Source: an uncultured delta proteobacterium (GTDB taxonomy: Bacteria > Myxococcota_A > Polyangia > Polyangiales > Polyangiaceae). From it: DNA of 64,000 bases. Under the pieces are notes generated by a model, which was not told the DNA's origin, searched no databases, and saw nothing but the letters and a program-made list of their open reading frames with translations. Positions within the stretch are counted from its first letter, which is position 1; each line of letters begins with the position of its first letter. The DNA lies in contig CAVQUB010000004.1 of assembly GCA_963716725.1 (NCBI GenBank), positions 32,001 to 96,000 of the forward strand, given 5' to 3'. Both the position numbers and the translations under genes were made by a program. Positions 10,268 through 20,077 of this stretch are shown in pieces.

Positions 10268-10981
10268 TCAGGGCGCGACGGTGAAGGCTTCGGTTTCGTC
10301 GAGCTCCCGCCCGCAGTCGCCGTAGAGCACGAACTTGTGGGCCGTGCCCGGGATCTCGAAGCGAAAGGCCGGACCGGCCTTGGCGCGGTAGTACTCGATA
10401 CGCGCCATGCGATCGCGCGGCGCACCTTGCTTGATGGCGTGGGCCCACACCTCCGCAAAGCCGCAGCGCGGCGGCTCGGGCAGCGGATCGAGCACCTGTG
10501 ATGGACAGGGGTAGTCCGTCACGTCGGGATCGGCGAGCAGGCCTTCCTTCTTCAAGTGAACTGTCTGCTTCCCGCAGTAGTGCCGTCGCGGCAGGGTGCC
10601 GGGTTCGCGCGTCGGCTGCGGTCCGTCCCCCGCGAGGCTCTGGAAGGTGTAGCGCGCGCGTCCGGAAACGCCGTTCAGGTCGATGATGCCGTCGCTCTTG
10701 ACGCCCTCGGCCCAGATGTTGCGCAGGATTTTGCGGGAAGTGACCGCTCGCGCGCCTTGCAACGAGCCGACCACGTCGACCGCGTTGGGGAAGCCGACCA
10801 CGCCGCCGGTGGTGGGCGGGGCAGGGGGCGCGGCGACCTCGGGCTTGGACGCGCGCTTGGCCCAGAGCGACAGCGCGATGCTCGCCACGAAGGCCACGAG
10901 GACGATCATCAACCCCACGACGCGGTCGCGGCGTCGGTGGGCCTCGATCTCAGCCAGGATTGCGGTCTCCGGTTCGGTCAT
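10268..10981 (-). CDS. Hypothetical single-pass membrane protein
   Basis: 237-aa ORF with GC-rich third positions, one N-terminal TM helix and a Cys-containing extracytoplasmic domain. Confidence 0.7.
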   Translation of the reverse strand: MTEPETAILAEIEAHRRRDRVVGLMIVLVAFVASIALSLWAKRASKPEVAAPPAPPTTGGVVGFPNAVDVVGSLQGARAVTSRKILRNIWAEGVKSDGIIDLNGVSGRARYTFQSLAGDGPQPTREPGTLPRRHYCGKQTVHLKKEGLLADPDVTDYPCPSQVLDPLPEPPRCGFAEVWAHAIKQGAPRDRMARIEYYRAKAGPAFRFEIPGTAHKFVLYGDCGRELDETEAFTVAP

Positions 10982-11134
10982 GTTCGGCGCGGCGACCGTA
11001 TATCACGAAGTTAGCGCTGGGACGGTAGGCAGACCGACCGGAGCCATGGCTGCTTGCCCTGGGGCTCCGCGCGCGCTATCAACGGCGGCTCTCGGGGCAT
11101 TCCCCGGGGCGGACCGGCTCCGATGGGCCGGCTC

Positions 11135-11206
11135 GGGCGCATAACTCAGCGGTAGAGTGCGACCTTCACACGGTCGAAGTCACAGGTTCAAATCCTGTTG
11201 CGCCCA
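11135..11206 (+). tRNA. tRNA-Val(CAC)
   Basis: Acceptor stem gggcgca/tgcgccc, D-arm, anticodon arm cgacc-ttCACac-ggtcg, T-loop ggttcaaatcc. CCA not encoded. Confidence 0.95.
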
Positions 11207-11536
11207 CAGAGATAATCGAGAGGTTGCGACGGCTCCGGAGCGCTCGGAGCACCACCGGGCAGTACTGACGCCAGCGCAGGAACCCGAGCGTCAGATGGGC
11301 TGTCTTGGGGGGGGTGGTCGGCTTGGGTGCAGGCGGCATGCCCGTTTCGTGGACTCCACCCATGTGTCGAGGTCGGCGCGACGGGCTACCCAGCGTCTCT
11401 TGATGCGTCGGGCAGGCAGCGAGCAGCAGACGAGCGGCGTGACCGCAATGAAGCACTTCTCGCGAGCGGATAGGCCAAGCAGCCAAGACGGCGCGGCGTG
11501 ATGATGGCCGCGAAGAACGTTCCGCTTTGCGCGGAC

Positions 11537-11552
11537 GTACCGATTTAGGTAC
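11537..11552. promoter_or_regulatory. Palindromic operator candidate upstream of the TA operon
   Basis: GTACC-gattta-GGTAC inverted repeat 9 bp before the toxin GTG and downstream of a TTGCGC -35-like hexamer. Confidence 0.5.
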
Positions 11553-11561
11553 ATATAGCCC

Positions 11562-11908
11562 GTGGCAGCCAAGAAGCAGCCCTTCTCGCCTGCCAGTTCT
11601 ACCGGACCGCCACGGGCAACGAGCCGGTGCGAGAGTGGCTCAAGTCACTTTCGCCCGCCATTCGGAAGGAAATCGGATCGGACATCGAGCAAGTTCAATG
11701 GAGCTGGCCGGTGGGAAAGCCCTTGGTCGATGGCTTCGGTGACGGGCTCTTCGAGGTTCGCACGAGTCTCAAAGGCAACATCTTTCGGGTGCTCTTTTGC
11801 CTGGAGGGCGCCACGATGGTGCTGCTGCACGGCTTCCAGAAGAAGACCCAGAAGACGCCGAAGGCGGACCTCGACCTTGCTCGACGGCGACGAAAGGAAG
11901 CGGAATAG
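11562..11908 (+). CDS. Type II toxin, RelE/HigB (phage Gp49/DUF891-like); first 7 codons out of frame
   Basis: FYRTATGNEPVREWL...GDGLFEVR...RVLF...LLHGFQKKTQKTP..DLDLARRR. The GTG at 11562 needs one extra C at CAG CCC TTC; the in-frame alternative start is 11627. Confidence 0.85.
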
Positions 11909-11910
11909 CC

Positions 11911-12189
11911 ATGAAAAACAAGCACATCGGGTCGACCCTCAGCTCGCTCTTCGAAGAACTCGGCGAGCGGGAGGATGTGGAGCTCTTGACGCAGAAGAAG
12001 CTCCTCGCCGCCAAGATCGAGCGGGCCATGACTCGGCGGAGAATGACCCAGGCCGAGCTGGCTCGCGCCATGCGCACGAGCCGCACCGTCGTCCATCGAC
12101 TCCTCGATCCCCGCGACACGAGCGTCACCCTGGCCACCCTATCGAAGGCTTCGAAGGCGCTCGGAGTGAAGCTGTTGCACGTCGCATGA
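11911..12189 (+). CDS. XRE/HTH antitoxin (HigA-like)
   Basis: MKNKHIGS...MTQAELARAMRTSRTVVHRLLDP...VTLATLSKA; starts 2 bp after the toxin stop. Confidence 0.88.
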   Translation: MKNKHIGSTLSSLFEELGEREDVELLTQKKLLAAKIERAMTRRRMTQAELARAMRTSRTVVHRLLDPRDTSVTLATLSKASKALGVKLLHVA

Positions 12190-12657
12190 GGGCCTGATCG
12201 GAAACATGCGATTCGGGTCGCGTGAAGCGTGCGAGGCGGCGTTCGAGTTTCTCGTGCAAGATAACGCCAACGAACTTGCGCGCCTCATCGAGAGTCCCAG
12301 CTCGAGGCCGCCGATCTCACTTTCGCTGCCGAGATCTGGGACGCCACCACGACGATTCGCTTGTACGCCGAGCTTTGATTCCCAGCCGAGCTCGACGCGT
12401 AGACGACCGCCGGCGAGTTGAACAGACGCCCCCGAACATCGCCCCCGCGATTTGAACCTATCGTGTCGCCTTCGAACGCAGCCAGTCTCTCCAGCAATGC
12501 CACTGCTGGCACCAGCGAAATCACAAAGCCGGCGCCGACTCACGTCTTCTGGGTGGGCTTGACGAACGTGGTGGGTGTGCGCTTGCACACACCCTGGATC
12601 TGGGCTGGTGTCGCGTTCTTCAGCTCAGGGTGGTTCATGAGCGTTGGGGCGCCCCGA

Positions 12658-15009
12658 CTACGGCACGAGATGCGCGAAGAAGCCCGTCTTGGCGGCGGGC
12701 AGGGGGCCTGTGCCGAAGTCGATGGTGCCGCCGCTGTACTTGCCCGCGAAACCGAGGGCAGAGCCGATCCAAGCGACGCTGGTCGGCGTGTCGACACTGA
12801 GGTAGCCCCAGGCCTTCGACGACAGGTGCGCCCCTTGCGAGCTGAAGCGAGCGAGCACCATGTCCGCCTGGCCGATGTACGTCACCGGGCCGCCTCCGAA
12901 GTCGATGGCCGCGCCGATTTCTGCCGCCAGCGCGACTTCGCCGCTGCTCGTCGCCGCCACCGAGACCCCTCGGTCGTCCGCCAGGCTTCCGAACCCCTTG
13001 GCCCACGTCGTCGAGAGCGCCACGGCGTCGAGCTTGAAGAGAAAGATATCTGAAGCCCCCTTGCTCGTCATGGCCCCTGTCCCGAAGTCGACTTGGCCCG
13101 TGAAGGAACCCGTCACCAAGAGCCCGGTCGTCCCGTCCCGCGCGATGTCGCGGCCGCTGTCGACTCCAGAATCTCCGAATCGCTTCGCCTGCTGAAGCGT
13201 TCCGTCGACCCCCGAGAAGCGTGCCACGAAAACGTCGGTAGCGGTGCTGGTGCTGACCAGCTGAGTACCTCCGAAATCCACGGTAGCGGCGAAGTCGCCC
13301 AGCGCGACGATGCTGGTGCCGTCAGCCACCAAAGCCCGCACCGGTGCGCCGGTCGAGCCCCCAGTGACGATCAGCTTCTTCGCCCAAATCGACCCCCCGT
13401 CGACCCCGGAGTATTTGGCGAGATATCCCTGCCAGTTCGCGCCGTAGAGCTGAGGGCCTCCGAAATCGAGCGTGCCGTAGAAGCGACCGCCGACGTAGAC
13501 GTTGTCCGCTGCGTCGATGGCGAGGGCGAGCAACTCCCCGGCCGCGGGGGGGGCCACGGGGATGCTCACGCAACGCGACCACATCTCGGCGCCCTTGTCG
13601 GCGCTGTACTTGATCACGAACAGCCCCGAGCCGGCGCAGCTCAGCGGCTTGTCGAAGGACGCGCCGTTGCTGGTCGTGCCCACGACGATGACGTTGCCCT
13701 TGGAGTCGACGGCGACCTCTTCGAGTTGGTCGTTGCCCGTCCCGCCCCCCCGCACCACCCAGAGCGGCGCGCCAGCGGGGGTGAACCTGGCCAGGAACAG
13801 ATCGTTGCCGCCCGAGGAGCTGATGGAGACCCCGCCGATGTCTTGACCGGAGATGAACGTGCCCGCGGCGACCAGGTTCCCGGTGGGATCGGCGGCGACG
13901 CGCGGGTTGCCGGTGATCGCCTCGGCCCACGTGACCGCGCCTGCCGGCTTGCAGAGCTTGCTGACGCAGTTGGCGCTCTTGCAGTCGCCGCTCGTGCTGC
14001 AACCTTTGCCATCGGAGCAGGGACTGCACTGTCCACCCCCGCAATCGATGTCCGTCTCGGCGCCGCTTTGCGTCCCGTCGCTGCAACCCGGCGTGGTGCA
14101 GATCCCCGCCAGACACTTGCCCTCGGCGCAATCGGCGGCGGCCCAGCAACCCTTGGGGGCGGCGCATTTGGAGCAGCTCGATCCGCCGCAGTCCAGGTCG
14201 GATTCCGTCCCATTCTGCAGCCCGTCCGAGCAGCTGGGCGCCGCGCACTTCTGAGCCGTGCAGACGTCGCTGGCGCAGTCGCTGGGCTTGGTGCACGCCG
14301 CTCCCGCACAGGCGCCGCAGAGGCCACCGCAGTCGATCTGGGACTCGGTCGGATCTTTCACCCCGTTGGCGCACGCTCCGGGGCCGGCGTCGATGCCTGC
14401 CACGACGCACTTCCCAGTCGGATCGCACGACGAGCCGGGGCAGTCCTTGTCGGTGACGCATTCGGTAGCGCAGGCGCCCGCTAGGCAGACCAGGAGTCCC
14501 GGACAGTCCGAGTCGTGAACGCAGGCGTTGCCGATGCTCGCGTCGACCGACGGATCCGAGGGCTTGATCAGGCCACCGTCGGAGTCCACGTCGGCTGGCA
14601 CGGCGCACGAGAACTCAGCGCACACCTGATCCGGGACGCAGTCTTTGGTGACCTTGCATTCGGGGCGGCACTTGCCGACGACGCACCTGAAACTCTCCGG
14701 GCAATCGCTGTGGTAATCGCACTTCTGCTCGCTCTCGAACATGCACACTTTGAAGGGCTTGTCGGTCGGGACGCAGAGCTCACCGTCGGCGCAGTCGCGC
14801 TGTTCGGAGCATTCGACGTGGCACATGCGAAAGGCGCAGACCAGAGGCGACGCGCAGTCCGTGGCGAGCACGCAACCCTCCGCGAGTTGAGCGCGTCGCA
14901 GCGCGGCTGCGTCGTCCGAACCGCAGGCTCCGACCGACGCCGACGCCAGGACGACGAGACCGAGCAAGGCCAAGACTCTCCCCCACCTGAGGCGCCCCCG
15001 ATATCTCAT
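12658..15009 (-). CDS. Cys-rich repeat lipoprotein with C-terminal beta-propeller
   Basis: Lipobox VGAC. Many CxxDxDC units and three C.[DN]G....E..[IL]DCGG repeats. C-terminal 'AVDSKGNVIVVG' and 'DVFVARF' propeller blades. Confidence 0.8.
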   Translation of the reverse strand: MRYRGRLRWGRVLALLGLVVLASASVGACGSDDAAALRRAQLAEGCVLATDCASPLVCAFRMCHVECSEQRDCADGELCVPTDKPFKVCMFESEQKCDYHSDCPESFRCVVGKCRPECKVTKDCVPDQVCAEFSCAVPADVDSDGGLIKPSDPSVDASIGNACVHDSDCPGLLVCLAGACATECVTDKDCPGSSCDPTGKCVVAGIDAGPGACANGVKDPTESQIDCGGLCGACAGAACTKPSDCASDVCTAQKCAAPSCSDGLQNGTESDLDCGGSSCSKCAAPKGCWAAADCAEGKCLAGICTTPGCSDGTQSGAETDIDCGGGQCSPCSDGKGCSTSGDCKSANCVSKLCKPAGAVTWAEAITGNPRVAADPTGNLVAAGTFISGQDIGGVSISSSGGNDLFLARFTPAGAPLWVVRGGGTGNDQLEEVAVDSKGNVIVVGTTSNGASFDKPLSCAGSGLFVIKYSADKGAEMWSRCVSIPVAPPAAGELLALAIDAADNVYVGGRFYGTLDFGGPQLYGANWQGYLAKYSGVDGGSIWAKKLIVTGGSTGAPVRALVADGTSIVALGDFAATVDFGGTQLVSTSTATDVFVARFSGVDGTLQQAKRFGDSGVDSGRDIARDGTTGLLVTGSFTGQVDFGTGAMTSKGASDIFLFKLDAVALSTTWAKGFGSLADDRGVSVAATSSGEVALAAEIGAAIDFGGGPVTYIGQADMVLARFSSQGAHLSSKAWGYLSVDTPTSVAWIGSALGFAGKYSGGTIDFGTGPLPAAKTGFFAHLVP

Positions 15010-15191
15010 TGGCAGAGCCTAGGCCATTGCCAGAGAGGTCGCGAGCAGGTCGCGAGCAGGTCGTCGAAGTCCTGGTGGGCGGGGTGTTGCCCCGCTCGCC
15101 CCAGGCTGTGGCGCGCGCTTCTTCAGCTCGATCTTCTCCGCGCACCGGGAAGGACTCATGTTCCTTGTCGTATCAGGAGCCGGAGAAGATC

Positions 15192-16641
15192 GTGCGTCGC
15201 ACCCTTTTGGCATCGCTGGTTGTGAGTTCGGTATCGATCGCCTGCGGCGGGAGCGGCGGCGCTCAGCCGTCGGGCCAGGCGGGCGCCGGTGGAGCGACGG
15301 GTGGCGCCGGTGGAGCGACGGGTGGCGCCGGTGGAGCGGCGGGTGGCGCCGGCGGAGCGACGGGTGGCGCCGGCGGAGCGACGGGTGGCGCCGGCGGAGC
15401 GACGGGCGGCGCTGATGCCGGCGGAGCCGATGCCGGCGGCGCCGATGCGGGAGACGGCAGCCCCGATGCTCCGAGCGACTCCGGAGTCGGCCAATTCGGT
15501 AAACAGATCGGAACTGACTCCTGCGTTCCGCCCGGAGCCGGCTACGCCCCAGCCTGGACGATGGATCGCCGGTGCAATGCGCGAACAGGGCAGAGCCCGG
15601 TGGTGAGCACGCAGACAGGCGCCGTGGTCTACAGCCAAGGGGTGGGCGACGGGTATGCGTCGAGCTCCTTTCCGGGGGAGACGACGTTCGCTGCGGACGG
15701 GACGATCTATGCAAACGGAGAGGTGATCAACGCCCTCGATCCGGCAACGTACGCGACGAAGTGGAAGTGGGGGTCACCGCACTTTCCACCGGTTGTTTCC
15801 CCAAATGGAGCCGTCATCGTGATGGATCCGACGGTGACGCCTGGTCTCGTCTCGCTCAACCCAGCGACCGGCGCCGTGAACTGGTCGCTGAAGTTCCCGA
15901 AGTACTATGTGGGGGCAGCGACGGTGCTGGCTGACGGTTCGCTGGCGTTCGTCGCTGGCCTCAGCGAGCTCCTGGTTCTGAAGGCCGCCGATGGCAGCGC
16001 TGCATGGAGCGTCGACGTGGGTCCTCCGGGGAAGTTGGCGCAGCCCCCGCTGGTCGTGGGCGCGAATGGGACCATCTACGTCAACATGTTCGACAAGATT
16101 AGGGCCGTCTCGACCGCCACGCAGAAGATCTCGTGGACCGCGCCGACGGCTGTGAAGAGCAACATCGTGCTCGATGAGCGGGACCAGCGCCTCTACTTCC
16201 TTCACCTCGACGGTGGTTACAGCAAGGTGGGCTCCCTCTCCGCGACCGACGGCACGGGTCTCGTATATACGTCGTACAAATTCACGGCAGGCAACAGCAC
16301 GTCCAACCTGGCCCTTGGCGAAAGCGGCTGGGTCTACTTCATCTCGAACGGTCAGCTACAGGCCATCAACACGCAAACCCAGGCTCATTGGGAGCATCCG
16401 GTCACGGGGTCTTGCTCCGATCCGGTGGTCGGAGGGGACGGGACTGTGTATTTTGCCGAGACGTCGGGCAGCGGCGTGGCTGCCGTGGCGGTGACCGCGG
16501 CTGGCGCCCTGCGCTGGAAGAAGGTGCTCGGCCCCACGCTCGAATCCATCGAGCCCCGGCTCGTTCGTGACCATTGCCCCATCGGGCCATCTGGCGATCA
16601 CTGCGGCGGCCAACTCGACTTTCTACCTGCTGGGGCCCTGA
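15192..16641 (+). CDS. PQQ-like/BamB-like beta-propeller lipoprotein with Gly/Ala linker; frameshift near 16548
   Basis: GTG start and lipobox SIAC. Blades 'DGTIY', 'ALDPATYATKWKW', 'LNPATGAVNWS'. A shifted frame gives a natural C-terminus ...GSFVTIAPSGHLAITAAANSTFYLLGP* at 16641 and removes the overlap with terB. Confidence 0.72.
15282..15407 (+). repeat. 21-bp coding tandem repeat x6 (GAGGATG)
   Basis: Unit ggcgccggyggagcgrcgggt read directly in the sequence. Confidence 0.9.
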
Positions 16642-16661
16642 CCGCGGTCCTCGAGACCGCC

Positions 16662-17183
16662 TCAGCCGCCGAACAGCTCCGAGTGCACCTCGTCCAAGAT
16701 CTCCTGAGACTCGGACCGGGGGATCTCGAACACGCTCGAGAGCGCCTCGATGGCGGCGGCTTCGGCGTGCGCCACGTGGTCGTCGACGAAGGCCACGCCC
16801 GCGGCTAGGCGAAACGCGAACCCCCGCCCGTCGGCCGAGGTGATGCGCTGCGCGCAGGCGTCGAGGCGCGCGCGCCAGCCGTCTCGTGCCAGCTTCTCGT
16901 TGAAACGATCGAGCAACGCTTGCAGGTCCAGACCCTTGACGTGGTGCATGTCGACTACGGCTTGGAAGCTGGCGGCGAGCTGTTCGAGCTCGTCCTTCTG
17001 AACGACCCCGTCGACCGCCGCCATCAAGAACATGGTCTCGAGTGTTGCTTCGAACTCCGCGGCCTGAGACTTGGATTTGTCGTCCAAGATCTCCCCGGGC
17101 CGCAGACTGCGGGCGAGTGCGTGGGCGGCTTCTCCGGCGGTGACACCGGTGGCGATCTTTCGGAGGCGGGCTTCGAGTGCCAT
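16662..17183 (-). CDS. TerB-family (tellurite resistance) protein
   Basis: MFLMAAVDGVVQKDE and AAGVAFVDDHVAHAE paired TerB motifs. Confidence 0.8.
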   Translation of the reverse strand: MALEARLRKIATGVTAGEAAHALARSLRPGEILDDKSKSQAAEFEATLETMFLMAAVDGVVQKDELEQLAASFQAVVDMHHVKGLDLQALLDRFNEKLARDGWRARLDACAQRITSADGRGFAFRLAAGVAFVDDHVAHAEAAAIEALSSVFEIPRSESQEILDEVHSELFGG

Positions 17184-17238
17184 GGACCCCAAGGCTAGAA
17201 CAAGTCGCGACCCGATGGGAAAGGGGCGAGGCGGATCG

Positions 17239-17997
17239 TCAATCGAAGCCGAGATGGGCGCGGAAAGCCCGCTCCACCAAGTCGAGCGCGACGTCGAGGT
17301 CGGTGGCTGCGAGGGCGTCCGGCTCTCCCCGAGCGGCCCGGACCATGCGCCGGCGAGTTGGCCCGGGGACTTGCAGGCGAGCGCCGCCGCAACCGCGGCA
17401 GACCAGCCCGCCGCGGGCGACGTCGATCTGAGCAGCCTGGGCCTCGGGGCAGAGTTTGCCGCACGAAACGCAGCGCGCCAGGTCCAGCCCCCAGCCGAAG
17501 GCCGACAAGAGCGAGAGCCCGGCCTGCGCCAGCTCGCGGCGCGGTGAGACCGCGTCGTCTCGTGTGTCGAGGCGTGTGAGCAGCGAGTCGATCGCCCGCC
17601 ACACTTCCGGCTCTGCCGTGCGCGGGGGTGACGCACGCCGCACCCAACCGAGGGCACGCCCGGCGGCCTCCATGCGTTCGAGGCTCGTGAGCAGGCGCAA
17701 TCGCGCGACTTCGATCCGCGCTTCGCCGAGCACGAATAGCTCCGAGGTCGGTCGCTCGTCGAGCCGGACGTGCAGCGTGTGCATCGGCTCGAGCGCGCCG
17801 CCGAAGCGCCGTTGACTCTTGCGTGCGCCGCGCGCCAGTGCGCTCGCCTTGCCGAACGACTCGGTGAACAGCGTCACGACCAGGTCGCTGTCGCCGTAGT
17901 CGACGCGGCGCACCAAGAGCGCGCGGGTGGTGTGGGTTCGGATCGCGGTTCGCGTGCACCCCTTCGGGTATCGCGAAGCGCGTCGCGGTGGCGCCAC
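17239..17997 (-). CDS. recO: DNA repair protein RecO (start uncertain)
   Basis: RRVDYGDSDLVVTLFT..GK.SALARGARKSQRRFGGALEP; zinc finger CVSC...CRGC. Confidence 0.93.
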   Translation of the reverse strand: MAPPRRASRYPKGCTRTAIRTHTTRALLVRRVDYGDSDLVVTLFTESFGKASALARGARKSQRRFGGALEPMHTLHVRLDERPTSELFVLGEARIEVARLRLLTSLERMEAAGRALGWVRRASPPRTAEPEVWRAIDSLLTRLDTRDDAVSPRRELAQAGLSLLSAFGWGLDLARCVSCGKLCPEAQAAQIDVARGGLVCRGCGGARLQVPGPTRRRMVRAARGEPDALAATDLDVALDLVERAFRAHLGFD

Positions 17998-17999
17998 GG

Positions 18000-18431
18000 T
18001 CAGGCGCGGGCCGACGATGCGGGCAGGCGGCTCAGCTCTTGCGGCATGTCGTCGCCGCGTGGCTTGAGCACGATGCTCAGCGCCAGGGTGAAGAGGATCA
18101 GCAGCAAGACGAAGGCGAGGGCGACCCCGTAGCGCTTGCTCCTTGCGGGTCGCATGGCGGGATTGCCCGATGACAACGGCAAGGGTGTCACCCAGGCGAT
18201 GCGTCGACTCGCCGTGTAGAGCGCCAGCACGTCTTCGGGAGCGACGCCGACGGCGCGCGCGTAGGACTTGAGGAAGCCGCGGACGAAGACCTCACCCGGC
18301 AGCTCGTCGAAGCGATCGGATTCGATGCGCTCGACGCTGGACATCGGCACGCGCGTCGCGCGGCTGATTTCCTCGGCGCTCATCCGCTTCTCCAAGCGGT
18401 GCCGCCGCAGGAGCTGTCCCACGGTCTCCAT
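18000..18431 (-). CDS. RodZ-like HTH membrane protein (short form)
   Basis: GQLLRRHR...EISRATRV...IESDRFDELPGEVFVRGFLKSYARAVG followed by one TM helix. Confidence 0.85.
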   Translation of the reverse strand: METVGQLLRRHRLEKRMSAEEISRATRVPMSSVERIESDRFDELPGEVFVRGFLKSYARAVGVAPEDVLALYTASRRIAWVTPLPLSSGNPAMRPARSKRYGVALAFVLLLILFTLALSIVLKPRGDDMPQELSRLPASSARA

Positions 18432-18443
18432 TGGGGGGCGAGC

Positions 18444-19244
18444 CTACTTGAGATTCGCCAAGATGGAGCTGCATTCTTTTCCCGCAGCGGACGTCGGCAG
18501 GAGCTCTTTGCATTTGCGCAAGTCCGCCGCGGCGTCCGCCCCCCGCCCGAGCTTCACCAGCACGCGTCCCCTCCCTAGAAAGGCGTCCTGCAGACCCTTG
18601 CAGGCGGGCGCCTCGGTTTCGAGCGCGCGGCCGTAGGCCTCGAGCGCCTCCGTGTACTGCTTCTTCTTCTCGAGGGCCGCCCCGAGGCGGAAGTTGCCCA
18701 CGCAGAACAGCGGCTGCGCCGCGACGCTGCGCGAGAGCGCGTCGATGGCCGCGTCGAGGGAGCCCTTCTCGAGGTACGCCCAGCCCAGATTTCCCCAAGC
18801 ATTTTCGGGAGTCTGATACAGCATGTCCTCGGAGAGGGGCTTGAGCACCCCGATGGCTTCGTCGTACTTCTTCGCGTGGATGAGCACGACGCCCAGCGTG
18901 TTCTTCGCCTCCCGGAAGTCCCCCTTGGCCCGCAGTGACGCGCGGGCGTACTTCTCGGCTTCTTCGAGGCGGCAGTCATCCTTGCCGGTGCTGCACATCG
19001 CCAAGTAGATGAGGGCCGCGAGGTGGGAGGCCTCGTGGTTGTCCTCGTTGAGCTCCAGGGCTTTGAGCGCATGATCGAGGGCCTCGCGAGGGTTCTTCTG
19101 TCGCAAGAAGGCGTCCCGGGCGATGTCGTACTCGCCCTCGCTCATCCGCTCGGGATCGCCGCCTCCGGGCGAATTAGCGCCGTTACCGGGGCAGCCCCCC
19201 AGACACAACGAAATCCCGAGGGCGGCGAGCCATCGTAGAGACAT
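18444..19244 (-). CDS. tgl: Type IV pilus pilotin TPR lipoprotein (Tgl/PilW/PilF)
   Basis: Lipobox LGGC, TPRs, 'LYQTPENAWGNLGWAY', several Cys residues; directly upstream of the rodZ-like gene. Confidence 0.8.
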   Translation of the reverse strand: MSLRWLAALGISLCLGGCPGNGANSPGGGDPERMSEGEYDIARDAFLRQKNPREALDHALKALELNEDNHEASHLAALIYLAMCSTGKDDCRLEEAEKYARASLRAKGDFREAKNTLGVVLIHAKKYDEAIGVLKPLSEDMLYQTPENAWGNLGWAYLEKGSLDAAIDALSRSVAAQPLFCVGNFRLGAALEKKKQYTEALEAYGRALETEAPACKGLQDAFLGRGRVLVKLGRGADAAADLRKCKELLPTSAAGKECSSILANLK

Positions 19245-19283
19245 CCCGGGCGGCGATACCCCACGGTTCGAAGCGAGTCAACG

Positions 19284-20045
19284 CTAGGTGCCTGAGATCG
19301 CAGTGGTCTTCCCCGGCGGTCGGTCGTCCCTCGTCAGCGACTCACCCCTCCGGGTACTTCCCAGGGTCGCCCCAGGGTCGTCCCCGCGGATCTGATCGCG
19401 CACCCCGAGCAGCCCGTAGAGCTCCTGCAGCGCCTCGGGATCGGGCAGCGCCACCAATTCGTCGACGATCTGTAGGTAACCGCGGTCTCGGAGCTGCTGA
19501 ACGATTCGCTTCACGGTGTCCACGTCGAGACCCACGCGCGCCGAAAGCTCCAGGGGCGACACCGAGAGCTCGATCGGGCCATCACCCGCCTCTTCCGCCA
19601 TCGCGTGGCGAGCGAGCTTGATCAACGAAACCACCACCTTGGAGTGTGAGTCGCGGAGCATCAGGATCTCGATTTGGTCCTCAGCGTCGCGCAATCGGCG
19701 GATCAGCTGCTGGAGTACCCGGCTGCCGACCGCGGCGTTGCTCGCCAGCACCTGCTGAAAGGTCGCGTGATCGAGGGCCAATGCAACGCCGTCGGAGAGC
19801 GCGACGGCGGTCGAGTGGTGCAACCCCCCCCGGACCAGCGCCGACTCGCCGAAGAGATCTCCCGGGCGCAGGACCCGCAGCCCACGTTCCATGGCGCCGA
19901 CCTGCTTGATCAGGCGGATGCGCCCGTTCTGCAGCAGGTACGCTTCGACGGCGGGGGAACCGTCGCGGAACAAGACGTCGCCGGCCGCGAATTGCCGGCC
20001 GAAGCGCGTGAGCAAGCGCTCCTGCTGCTCTTCGGTGCTCGCCAC
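19284..20045 (-). CDS. Crp/Fnr-family cyclic-nucleotide-binding regulator
   Basis: cNMP domain (F.AGDVLFRDG, PGDLFGESAL, STAVA) and C-terminal HTH (ELSARVGLDVDTVKRIVQQLRDRG). GTG start at 20045. Confidence 0.85.
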   Translation of the reverse strand: MASTEEQQERLLTRFGRQFAAGDVLFRDGSPAVEAYLLQNGRIRLIKQVGAMERGLRVLRPGDLFGESALVRGGLHHSTAVALSDGVALALDHATFQQVLASNAAVGSRVLQQLIRRLRDAEDQIEILMLRDSHSKVVVSLIKLARHAMAEEAGDGPIELSVSPLELSARVGLDVDTVKRIVQQLRDRGYLQIVDELVALPDPEALQELYGLLGVRDQIRGDDPGATLGSTRRGESLTRDDRPPGKTTAISGT

Positions 20046-20077
20046 GGGCGCAGTGTGCCAGCAGGTTCGAGGGATCT

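Noticed and set aside
16641..16808. Long overlap between the propeller lipoprotein ORF and terB
   Set aside because: It disappears once the frameshift near 16548 is corrected (stop at 16641).
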